64,000 nt of DNA, taken from contig CAIMEY010000002.1 in assembly GCA_903840165.1 (NCBI GenBank), forward strand, positions 133,109 through 197,108, read 5' to 3'. Below, piece after piece: positions 1-8,711 of this stretch. The first letter of the stretch is position 1, and each line of letters opens with the position of its first letter. Origin of the DNA: an uncultured Myxococcales bacterium (GTDB taxonomy: Bacteria; Myxococcota_A; UBA9042). The notes below the pieces were generated by a model. It saw nothing but the letters and a program-made list of their open reading frames with translations. It made no database searches and was not told the origin of the DNA. The translations under genes and the position numbers were made by a program.

Positions 1-1243
1 GGCTCGGTCCGCCGACGCACAGGCCGTTCTTGCAGCCGTCCGCGACCGTGCAGGCGTTGTTGTCGCTGCAGGGCACGTTGTCAGCACCGGCCGGGAACAC
101 GCAGTTGCCGCTGTTGGGGTCGCAGGCATTGCTGGTGCAGGGGTTGTTATCATCGCAAGGGGTTGGCTTTCCAACGCAAATTCCAGCCGCGCAGGCATCA
201 ATGGTGCAGGCATTGCCATCGCTGCAGGGCCCACCCTCGAAGACGACTTGGCTGCAGGTGCCATTCTGGCAAGTATCTATGGTGCAAGGGTTATTGTCGT
301 TGCATTGGGCGTTTTGCTTGCACGGTGCCACGCAGTTGGCGATCGGCGCAAAGACGCACAAGCCCGTCTTGGGATCGCATTGGTCTTGCGTGCAGGCGTT
401 GCCGTCGTCGCAGGGCACGGCCGTGCCTGTGCAAGCCCCTGTTTTGCACGCATCTCCGGCCGTGCAGGCCAGGCCATCGCTGCAGGTGCTGCCGTCGGCG
501 ACTGCAGCATGGGCGCATTGACCAGTGGTGGCGTCACAACTGTCGATTGTACAAGGATTTTGGTCGTCGCAGACAGCCGGTGCGCCACCTTCACAGGCAC
601 CGCTGTTGCAGACATCGCCCAGCGTGCACAAGTTGTTGTCGCTGCAGGGATGTGCGGCGTTGACCGACACGCATTTGCCAGTCACCGCGTCGCATTTGTC
701 GTCGGTGCATGGGTTGTTGTCGTCGCAGGCCAGTTGGCTGGCGCCGCCGCAAACTCCATTGGCGCCGCAGACGTCGCCGGTCGTGCAGACGCTGCCATCA
801 TCGCAGGGGGCTCCTGCTGTGGCTACGTTGCTGCAAACCATGGCGGGGAAACTGCAATTGTCGGCTGTGCACGGATTCTTGTCGTCGCAATCGGCAGCCG
901 TTTGGCAAGCCGTCGGTGCCACGACATCCGGGCCCACGTCCACGCTGGGGAGGTCGGCTCCAGGGACATCGCCGGGGCTGGTGTCGGCATCAACTGCTGC
1001 AATATCAAGGGGTGGTGTCCCCGTGTCGCCACCGTCAGTCAGCGCAACATCGCCCCCGGTCTGACCGTCGACGCCGTCGCCGAGGACGCCATCAAGGTTG
1101 CCGTCGGCATCCGAGGACACGCCGGTGGTCGCCGGACCGGTGACAGGCGCGTCATTGGTGCAGCCAACTCCGCTCAGAATCAAGAGAAATCCAAGACAAC
1201 TATGGAGGGTCCAGCTTGTAGTCGTCTGCGTGGTGCGGGTCAT
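1..1243 (-). CDS. Cys-rich repeat (myxo-type disulfide repeat) lipoprotein, N-terminal part (gene runs off the left window edge)
   Basis: Minus-strand ATG at 1243 (plus-strand 'cat' 1241-1243). Hand translation gives MTRTTQTTTSWTLHSCLGFLLILSGVGC (signal peptide/lipobox-like), then a Asp/Gly-rich linker, then repeated C-x-D-x-N-x-C-T-x-D-x-C units (CDDKNPCTADNC, CDDNNPCTDDKCD, CDDQNPCTIDSCD...). The plus-strand ORFs 30..521 and 525..1064 are antisense artefacts of this gene. Not listed in the ORF track because it is open at the window edge. Confidence 0.7.
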   Translation of the reverse strand, partial: MTRTTQTTTSWTLHSCLGFLLILSGVGCTNDAPVTGPATTGVSSDADGNLDGVLGDGVDGQTGGDVALTDGGDTGTPPLDIAAVDADTSPGDVPGADLPSVDVGPDVVAPTACQTAADCDDKNPCTADNCSFPAMVCSNVATAGAPCDDGSVCTTGDVCGANGVCGGASQLACDDNNPCTDDKCDAVTGKCVSVNAAHPCSDNNLCTLGDVCNSGACEGGAPAVCDDQNPCTIDSCDATTGQCAHAAVADGSTCSDGLACTAGDACKTGACTGTAVPCDDGNACTQDQCDPKTGLCVFAPIANCVAPCKQNAQCNDNNPCTIDTCQNGTCSQVVFEGGPCSDGNACTIDACAAGICVGKPTPCDDNNPCTSNACDPNSGNCVFPAGADNVPCSDNNACTVADGCKNGLCVGGPS

Positions 1244-1542
1244 GGAGACTCCTTTGTGGCCCTGTTTTCCTTCGTGTAGGCCGAACACCCTGAGATTACA
1301 GGCGTCTTTTCCTGGTTGGCCCAGATTGACCGTTCGATGGCAGCGGCGAAGTATGGTGCAACCTGCTCGTCACCGCCAGACCAACCGTGCTAGTAGCCTA
1401 GACACTCCCGGCATGTGTTGCCACACGGCGCAAGCAAAGAATTGTAAAAAGAGGTCTGAGTTCGGAGCCCGATAGGCAACCGCGTTGCTCTTTGCTACCG
1501 TGTGCGCGCGGCGCCCCGCCTGGGCGAATTGCAGGAAGATTG

Positions 1543-2682
1543 ATGCGCTTTGCTGAACGATTCGCTAGTCCCGATGAATACTTAACTTTTGACGACGTCC
1601 TGCTGCAGCCCGCGCTGAGCGATGTGTTGCCGCACACAACTGACCTGACGGCCCAGGTGACGCGCCGGCAGCGGCTCGGCATCCCTGTGGTTGCCGCGGC
1701 GATGGATACGGTGACAGAATCACGACTTGCTATTGCTCTTGGCCAACTTGGCGGCCTAGGCGTAGTGCACAAGAACCTCTCAGAAGCGGCGCAGGCTGAC
1801 CATGTGGCTGCCGTCAAGGCCTTTGAGGTTCCGGAAAAAACCTTGTCCTCTGCGTGCTTGGCTAGGGACGGTCGCTTGGTATGCGCGGCTGCCGTTGGCG
1901 CTGGCGATGCGGCTCTTTCGCGGGCCGCTGCGATGGTGGCGGCGGGCGCTGATATCTTGGTGGTGGATACGGCCCATGGGCACTCGCGCAACGTCCTGAG
2001 GACCCTGGCGGACCTCAAGCAACGCTGGCCTCAACTAGAAGTCATTGCTGGCAATGTTGCCACTGCCGCGGCGGTAACTGCCCTGGTTCAGGCTGGCGCA
2101 GACGCCGTCAAGGTGGGCATTGGTCCTGGGTCCATTTGTACGACGCGGATTGTCGCTGGCGTCGGTGTGCCGCAACTATCGGCTGTCTTGGAGTGTGCTG
2201 AGGCCGCGCAAGTACACGGCATTCCAGTGATCGCTGATGGCGGTATTCGCTTCTCGGGCGACATGGTCAAGGCCCTGGCCGCGGGGGCCGGCACGGTGAT
2301 GCTGGGCTCCTTGCTCGCAGCGACCGAAGAAGCCCCTGGCGAATCCTTGCTGATCGACGGCCGAATTTGGAAACGCTACCGGGGCATGGGGTCTCTGGCA
2401 GCCATGGCCCAGGGGTCCAAAGACCGCTATTTTCAAGATCAAGTTCAAGAACCTGGCAAACTGGTGCCTGAAGGCGTCGAGGGACGTCTTGTCAGCCAAG
2501 GGCCTTTGGCGCAAGTGATTCACCTGTTGCTGGGCGGTCTTCGCTCCGGTATGGGCTATGTTGGCGCGGCCAACCTTGCGCAATTGCGGCGTGCGCGTTT
2601 CGTGCGCATGACCGGTTCGGGACTGCGAGAGAGCCACACCCATGAAATTGTTCTGACTTCGCAGGCACCCAATTACCGCTAG
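1543..2682 (+). CDS. guaB: IMP dehydrogenase family protein lacking the CBS (Bateman) subdomain
   Basis: [29 protein letters not shown]-terminus. [16 protein letters not shown] and [11 protein letters not shown] (catalytic Cys loop) motifs. Flap [20 protein letters not shown] ... [11 protein letters not shown] ... [12 protein letters not shown]. Only ~380 aa, because the ~110-aa CBS pair normally inserted after the first ~90 residues is absent. Start moved to the internal Met of the listed ORF 1492..2682 to match the canonical IMPDH N-terminus. Confidence 0.85.
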   Translation: MRFAERFASPDEYLTFDDVLLQPALSDVLPHTTDLTAQVTRRQRLGIPVVAAAMDTVTESRLAIALGQLGGLGVVHKNLSEAAQADHVAAVKAFEVPEKTLSSACLARDGRLVCAAAVGAGDAALSRAAAMVAAGADILVVDTAHGHSRNVLRTLADLKQRWPQLEVIAGNVATAAAVTALVQAGADAVKVGIGPGSICTTRIVAGVGVPQLSAVLECAEAAQVHGIPVIADGGIRFSGDMVKALAAGAGTVMLGSLLAATEEAPGESLLIDGRIWKRYRGMGSLAAMAQGSKDRYFQDQVQEPGKLVPEGVEGRLVSQGPLAQVIHLLLGGLRSGMGYVGAANLAQLRRARFVRMTGSGLRESHTHEIVLTSQAPNYR

Positions 2683-2790
2683 CAGATTCGGAAGTTGCGC
2701 GTCTAGCCGCGATGCCCCAGGCCCGTGACCGGCTGTGCTTTGCAAACCTTCACACTTCCGCGCCGTGCATGGCTATACTCACCGGACCGG

Positions 2791-2810
2791 CGTGCGCTAG
2801 ACTAAGCGCA
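2791..2810. promoter_or_regulatory. Perfect inverted repeat GTGCGCT-agacta-AGCGCAC just downstream of a TATACT -10-like hexamer (2773-2778); candidate operator for the giant Cys-repeat gene
   Basis: Read directly. 7-bp arms with a 6-nt spacer, lying ~45 bp upstream of the proposed start codon. The position relative to the putative -10 is that expected for a repressor operator. Confidence 0.3.
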
Positions 2811-2853
2811 CATCCGTCCGCTTGAGTTGAGTCTCCGTCTCGCCGAGGTTCTC

Positions 2854-5800
2854 ATGAATCCTATCGAAATGTCCTGTAAAATCAATGCCTATCGCATCTC
2901 CTTTCGCTTCGCCCAGGCGGGATTCTGGACGTCGCTTGCGGCCTTGGCGCTGCTGCTAGCTGGCTGCGGCAGCGACACGCCGGTCGCGGGAATTAGCGTT
3001 ATGGGCGATGCAACGGTCGACGCGGGACAAATTGACGGACTGACGACGGATTCTGACGTCTCGACTCCGGCAGACAGCACGGCTGTTGGCGGTGACGCCG
3101 TTGCTGTCGATGCAGTGGACACTCAAGATCTTGGAATTACGGATCAAATCGACATTGTCGCGCCTGATGCAGACGCAGTTGCCGATGACGCAGCGGACAT
3201 CCAGGTGCCCGATAACGGCGACTTGGACCAGGTTCCCCCTGACGGCTCGGATCAGGACGTCCCTCTGCTTGACGCCCAAGATGCTACGGTTACAGAGGAT
3301 TCCGACACGGGCGTTGAAGATTCTGCCACGGACTCGGGTTCCGCTGAACTGCCCATCGATCAAGACGTGCCGCCGCCGGCTTGCGTCACGGATACCGATT
3401 GCCCTGTCGCTGTAGGACTTTGCACCGGATCGGCCTGCGTTGCTGGCCAGTGCGTCGCCAAGGCTGCGGCCGATGGCACCGCCTGCGTGACTGCCGACGC
3501 GTGCACGGTCGGTGCCGTCTGCATCACAGGGCAATGCCTAGGGAATCTCAAGGTCTGCGACGACGGCAAGGTCTGCACGGACGATAGCTGCGACCCCGTC
3601 TCGGGGGCGTGCACCTTTGTGCCCAAGGCGGGCTGCACGGGCTGTAGTACCAACGCCGAATGCGATGACAAAAACGCTTGTACCGACGATAGTTGCAATG
3701 TCGCCTCCGGGGTTTGCAGCACTTCGGCCAAGGTGGACGGAGCCACTTGCGACGACGGCAACTTGTGCACGACGACCGACGCCTGCCAAAAGGGCGCGTG
3801 CATTGGTCAAGCAGTTGTTTGTAATGATAAAAACGCTTGCACCATCGACAACTGCGATGCCACGACCGGCAAGTGCCTCGCTACGAGCGAGCCCGATGCA
3901 ACCCCCTGCGACGACGGCAACGCTTGTACTACGGCCGATGCCTGCGCGGCTGGGAAATGCCTAGGAACAACAATAGTTTGTAATGACCAGATTTCTTGCA
4001 CCGCGGACAGCTGCGACGCCTTGACCGGCAAGTGTGTGTTTGCGGCGATCGCTGGTTGCGTGCCGGCCTGCCAAAGCAATGCCGACTGCAATGACCAAAA
4101 TGCTTGCACAACAGATAGTTGCACCGCCGGCAAGTGTGTTAGTGTCAATGCGGACGGTGCCGCCTGCGATGATGCCAACGCCTGCACCACCGGCGACGTC
4201 TGCACGGGTGGCAGTTGCGCCGGTGCCGCGATGGTTTGCGATGACGGAAATCCTTGTACAACAGATAGTTGCAAGAATGGTGCCTGTGGCTTTACCCAAC
4301 AGATCGGCCCCTGCGACGATGGCGACGCTTGCACCAACAATGACGTGTGCAAGGGGATCAAGTGCGTCGGCACGGCTCTGACCTGCAACGACAATAATCC
4401 TTGCACAACCGATGCTTGCGTGGCCGGTCAATGCAGCAGTTCGCCGATCAATGGCCCCTGCGACGACGGCGACGCCTGCACGTCTGCGGACTCGTGCCAG
4501 AACGGCAAATGCGTTGGCCTCGCCAAGGTTTGCGACGACGGCAACCCTTGCACCGCAGATGCCTGCCAAAATGGCGGCTGCGTCTTTGTCAACGCGGACG
4601 GAAAAGCCTGTGATGATGCCAATGTCTGTACTGCCGGCGACACCTGCACCGGCGGCCTATGCGTGGGCGGCGCTGCCACGGTCTGTGATGACAAAAACGT
4701 TTGCACGACGGATAGTTGCAACTCCAAGAAGGGTTGTGTCTTCATCAATGCCGATGGCACGCCTTGCGACGACGCCAATCCTTGCACCTCGCCCGATGCT
4801 TGCTCGGCTGCCAAGTGCGGCGGAACGTTGATTTCCTGCAGCGACAATGATCCTTGCACGGCCGATAGTTGCGACCCAGCGACCGGCAAATGCAGCTCCA
4901 AGCCGATTCTGGGCTGTGGCGACAACTGCGCGGCGAACAGCGACTGCAATGACAATAATGCTTGCACAACCGATACTTGTGTCGCGGGCAAGTGCTCGAT
5001 CGTCAACGCCGAGGGCTTGGCCTGCACCGACGGCAACGCGTGCACGCAAAATGACCTGTGCACGGGCGGCAAGTGCGTCGGCGGCACAGCTGTCAGCTGT
5101 GACGATGGAAACCCTTGCACCGTAGATACTTGCAACGCAGCGACCGGCAAATGCAGCAGCGTCAACGCCAGCGACGGCACGGTCTGCACCGACAATAACG
5201 TCTGCACCACCAGCGACCAATGCCTCGGCGGCAAATGCGCCGCCACACCCATTTTGTGCAACGATAACAACGTCTGTACCAGCGATGTCTGCGACCCTGT
5301 CAGCGGCAAGTGCGGCTACACGCCCGTGCAGGACGGCACGGCCTGTTCGGATGGCAACGCCTGCAGCCAAAATGACGCTTGTTCCAAGGGCACTTGCACC
5401 GGCCTAGCGGTCAACTGCGACGACGGCGACCCTTGCACCACGGACGCGTGCAACCCGCAGTCGGGCGCCTGCAGCCACACGGCCATTCCCAACTGCATCG
5501 CGCCCTGCAACAACAACAACCAGTGCAATGACAGTAATCCTTGCACAACCGATAATTGCGCTGCCGGCACCTGCGCCCACGCCGCCAACAATGCCGGTGC
5601 TTGCACGGACAATAACCTTTGCACAACCGATGGTTGCAGCGCGGGAAGCTGCGTGTCCGTCGCCATCGTCTGCGATGATAAGAATCCGTGCACGGTGGAC
5701 AAGTGCGACGTCGCCTCGGGGCAGTGCGTCAGCGCCGCTGGCCCGGACAACAGCGCCTGCGACGACGGAAACCCCTGTACTACGCCCGACTTATGCAAGG

Positions 5801-8619
5801 CGGGCAAGTGCACCGGGGCCGGCGCAGTTCTGTGCAACGATGGCGACCCCTGCACCACCGACGCCTGCGACGCGGCCACCGGCAAGTGCACGGCTTCGCC
5901 CATTCCCGGCTGCGGCGGAAACTGTGCAACGGTCCAAGATTGCAACGATAACAACGCCTGCACCAGCGATGCCTGCACCGCCGGCAAGTGCGTCAACACC
6001 GAGTTGACGGCAACGCCCTGCGACGACGGCAACGCCTGCACCAGCGGCGACGTTTGCACCACCGGCAAGTGCGCCGGACCAACGCCGAAGGTCTGCAACG
6101 ACAATAACACTTGCACAACAGATAGTTGCGACAAGGTCACCGGCAACTGCGTCTACACCAACGTTGCCGACGCAACCGCTTGCAATGACGGCCTTTTGTG
6201 CACAATTGGTGATGCCTGCACCGCGGGCAAGTGCGGTGGAACGGCAACCCCTTGTAATGACAACAATGCTTGCACGCTGGACGTGTGCAACCCCAACACG
6301 GGCATTTGCCAGTTTACGGCGATCCAGAACTGCGGCACGCCTTGCCTGACCGTTCAGCAGTGCAACGACAATAATGCTTGCACAACAGATGCTTGCACCA
6401 ACTTCCAGTGCGTTCACAAGCCCGCAGCCAATGGCGGTGCCTGCAGCGACAACAACCTCTGCACCACTGCCGACGCCTGCAACGCCGGTGTTTGCCAAGG
6501 CATAGCAACCACTTGCAACGACAACAATGTTTGCACCAATGACACCTGCCAAGCCGGCACGGGCAACTGCGTCTATGCCGCCGGAACCAATGGCAATCCG
6601 TGCAATGACAACAATCCCTGCACGTTGACGGACGCTTGCCAGGCGGGCACCTGCGTCGGCTCGGGCCTACTGCCTTGCAACGACAACAATGGTTGCACCC
6701 TGGATAATTGTGATGCCAAAAGCGGACTTTGCGTCTACGCGCCCATCAACGGCTGTGGTGGCAACTGCCTTGCGGCCAGCGACTGCGATGACAAGAATGC
6801 CTGCACGACCGACGCCTGCACGGCAGGCAAGTGCACCAACACCGCGCAAACAGGCACAAATTGTAGCGACGGCAATGCCTGCACCGTGGCTGACACCTGC
6901 CAAGCGGGCAACTGCATTGCTGGAAAGGCGGTCGCGTGCACGGACAACAACGTCTGTACCACGGACGCCTGCGATACCAATACGGGTTTGTGCGTCTACA
7001 CGGCCTTGGCTGCGGGCGCTCCGTGCACTGACGGCGTCGCCTGCACCAACGGCGACAACTGCACCGGCGGCAAATGCGTAGGCACCAATGTAGTTTGCAA
7101 CGACAATGACGCATGCACCACCGACGCGTGCGCAGCGGCGACGGGGCTCTGCGTCTACACGCCGATTGCTGGCTGCGGTGGCAATTGCATCCTGAATTTG
7201 CAGTGCAATGACCAAAACCCCTGCACCGGCGACGCTTGCACGGGCGGCAAATGCACCCACACCTTCCCGGCGGGCGGCAATTGCAATGACGGCAACGCTT
7301 GCACCACTGGCGACACTTGTGCCGGTGGCGTGTGCGCAGGTACACCCAAGGCGTGCAATGACAATAACCCTTGCACAACGGATGCTTGCAATGCAAACAA
7401 CGGCAACTGTGTCCACGCCGCTGCCGCTAACGGCACGGGCTGCGACGACGGCAACGCTTGCACAGGCGCTGACGCTTGCGCGGCTGGCACCTGCACGGGC
7501 GTGGCTACCAACCAGTGCAATGACAATAACGTTTGCACGACGGATGCTTGCAACACACTGACCGGTGTGTGCACCAACACCGCCATCGCCGGTTGCGGCA
7601 TCAAGTGCGTCCTCAACGCCGATTGCAATGATGGCAACAGCTGCACGACCGACGTCTGCACCGCCGGATCCTGCGTGATTACCAAGCTCAACGCCACGGC
7701 CTGCGAGGACGGCAACCTCTGCACCACCCTGGACACCTGCGTCACCGGCGTATGCACCTCGGGCAAGGCCGTGAATTGCAATGACAACAACGTTTGCACC
7801 ACGGAGGCTTGCGACGCCAAGACCGGCCTGTGCGCCGGCCAGAACGTCGCCAACGCAACGCCGTGCAATGACGGCACCAACTGCACCACCGGCGACGTCT
7901 GCACGACCGGCAAATGCGCTGGCAAAGCAGTGGTTTGCAACGACGGCAACCCGTGCACCCTGGACAGCTGCGGCGGCAACAACGGCAATTGCCAGTTCCA
8001 GGCCATCGCCAACTGCAACGCCAACTGCGCCAGCGATGCGCAGTGCGCCGACAACAACATCTGCACCACCAACACCTGCACTGCCGGCAAGTGCGCAGTG
8101 ACCTATGCCGACGGAACTCCTTGCACAGACAACAACTTGTGCACGGTTGGCGATATTTGCGCCATCGGTCGCTGCGTCGGCACCGCCACCAACTGTGACG
8201 ACGGCGTGGTCTGCACCACCGACACTTGCGTCGCGGCCAGTGGCGTTTGCAGCCACACAACCCAGCAAAATTGCGGACCTGCGTGCACACAGAATGCAAC
8301 GTGCAATGACAACAACGTCTGCACCGTCGACGCCTGCAACACCTACACCGGCAACTGCGTCAACCAGGCGATTCCCAACTGCAATCCGGTGCCCCAGTGC
8401 ACGCTCAACACCGACTGCAATGACAACAACGTCTGCACCCTGGACACCTGCAACGCCAGCAACGGACAGTGCGTGTTCACCAACATCCCGGGCTGTAATC
8501 CCAATGCCCAGTGCAAGTTGGACGCGGACTGTAACGACAACAACGTCTGCACGGTCGACTACTGCGACACCTTCAACAGCACCTGCCAGCACATCGTCTT
8601 GCAGGGCTGCGTGCCGTAG
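2854..8619 (+). CDS. Giant Cys-rich repeat lipoprotein (~45 tandem myxo-type C-x-D-x-N-x-C-T-x-D-x-C repeats)
   Basis: ORF 2827..8619 (1930 aa). GAGG sits 5 nt upstream of the ATG at 2854. N-terminus MNPIEMSCKINAYRISFRFAQAGFWTSLAALALLLAGCGS has a basic n-region, a hydrophobic core and an LLAGC lipobox. A D/T/V-rich acidic linker follows, then ~40-aa Cys repeats along the whole length (e.g. CDDGNPCTTDACD, CNDNNVCTTDAC). Antisense ORFs (e.g. 6667..8592) are artefacts. Confidence 0.9.
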   Translation: MNPIEMSCKINAYRISFRFAQAGFWTSLAALALLLAGCGSDTPVAGISVMGDATVDAGQIDGLTTDSDVSTPADSTAVGGDAVAVDAVDTQDLGITDQIDIVAPDADAVADDAADIQVPDNGDLDQVPPDGSDQDVPLLDAQDATVTEDSDTGVEDSATDSGSAELPIDQDVPPPACVTDTDCPVAVGLCTGSACVAGQCVAKAAADGTACVTADACTVGAVCITGQCLGNLKVCDDGKVCTDDSCDPVSGACTFVPKAGCTGCSTNAECDDKNACTDDSCNVASGVCSTSAKVDGATCDDGNLCTTTDACQKGACIGQAVVCNDKNACTIDNCDATTGKCLATSEPDATPCDDGNACTTADACAAGKCLGTTIVCNDQISCTADSCDALTGKCVFAAIAGCVPACQSNADCNDQNACTTDSCTAGKCVSVNADGAACDDANACTTGDVCTGGSCAGAAMVCDDGNPCTTDSCKNGACGFTQQIGPCDDGDACTNNDVCKGIKCVGTALTCNDNNPCTTDACVAGQCSSSPINGPCDDGDACTSADSCQNGKCVGLAKVCDDGNPCTADACQNGGCVFVNADGKACDDANVCTAGDTCTGGLCVGGAATVCDDKNVCTTDSCNSKKGCVFINADGTPCDDANPCTSPDACSAAKCGGTLISCSDNDPCTADSCDPATGKCSSKPILGCGDNCAANSDCNDNNACTTDTCVAGKCSIVNAEGLACTDGNACTQNDLCTGGKCVGGTAVSCDDGNPCTVDTCNAATGKCSSVNASDGTVCTDNNVCTTSDQCLGGKCAATPILCNDNNVCTSDVCDPVSGKCGYTPVQDGTACSDGNACSQNDACSKGTCTGLAVNCDDGDPCTTDACNPQSGACSHTAIPNCIAPCNNNNQCNDSNPCTTDNCAAGTCAHAANNAGACTDNNLCTTDGCSAGSCVSVAIVCDDKNPCTVDKCDVASGQCVSAAGPDNSACDDGNPCTTPDLCKAGKCTGAGAVLCNDGDPCTTDACDAATGKCTASPIPGCGGNCATVQDCNDNNACTSDACTAGKCVNTELTATPCDDGNACTSGDVCTTGKCAGPTPKVCNDNNTCTTDSCDKVTGNCVYTNVADATACNDGLLCTIGDACTAGKCGGTATPCNDNNACTLDVCNPNTGICQFTAIQNCGTPCLTVQQCNDNNACTTDACTNFQCVHKPAANGGACSDNNLCTTADACNAGVCQGIATTCNDNNVCTNDTCQAGTGNCVYAAGTNGNPCNDNNPCTLTDACQAGTCVGSGLLPCNDNNGCTLDNCDAKSGLCVYAPINGCGGNCLAASDCDDKNACTTDACTAGKCTNTAQTGTNCSDGNACTVADTCQAGNCIAGKAVACTDNNVCTTDACDTNTGLCVYTALAAGAPCTDGVACTNGDNCTGGKCVGTNVVCNDNDACTTDACAAATGLCVYTPIAGCGGNCILNLQCNDQNPCTGDACTGGKCTHTFPAGGNCNDGNACTTGDTCAGGVCAGTPKACNDNNPCTTDACNANNGNCVHAAAANGTGCDDGNACTGADACAAGTCTGVATNQCNDNNVCTTDACNTLTGVCTNTAIAGCGIKCVLNADCNDGNSCTTDVCTAGSCVITKLNATACEDGNLCTTLDTCVTGVCTSGKAVNCNDNNVCTTEACDAKTGLCAGQNVANATPCNDGTNCTTGDVCTTGKCAGKAVVCNDGNPCTLDSCGGNNGNCQFQAIANCNANCASDAQCADNNICTTNTCTAGKCAVTYADGTPCTDNNLCTVGDICAIGRCVGTATNCDDGVVCTTDTCVAASGVCSHTTQQNCGPACTQNATCNDNNVCTVDACNTYTGNCVNQAIPNCNPVPQCTLNTDCNDNNVCTLDTCNASNGQCVFTNIPGCNPNAQCKLDADCNDNNVCTVDYCDTFNSTCQHIVLQGCVP

Positions 8620-8711
8620 GTCCTGACCATCATCCTGATCGCCTTGGCGGACCGCGGACGTGCAAAATGTGCACTTCGCGGGCGCCGATCAAGCCTGCAG
8701 CAGGAGCGTTC

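Noticed and set aside
6667-8592. Long ORFs on the opposite strand or other frames of the big genes (6667..8592 641 aa; 19846..22143 765 aa; 10807..11778 323 aa; 248..1279 343 aa; many 100-300 aa ORFs within 40028-49822).
   Set aside because: Translations are low-complexity Ala/Arg/Gly/Val strings typical of antisense frames in GC-rich repetitive genes. The opposite-strand genes have signal peptides, lipoboxes and recognisable domains.
2854-8619. Possibility that the repeat genes are targets of a diversity-generating retroelement (adenine-rich AAT/AAC/ACA codons in the repeat cores).
   Set aside because: No reverse transcriptase, template repeat or accessory variability determinant anywhere in the window. 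The AT-rich blocks are shared between units rather than hypervariable.
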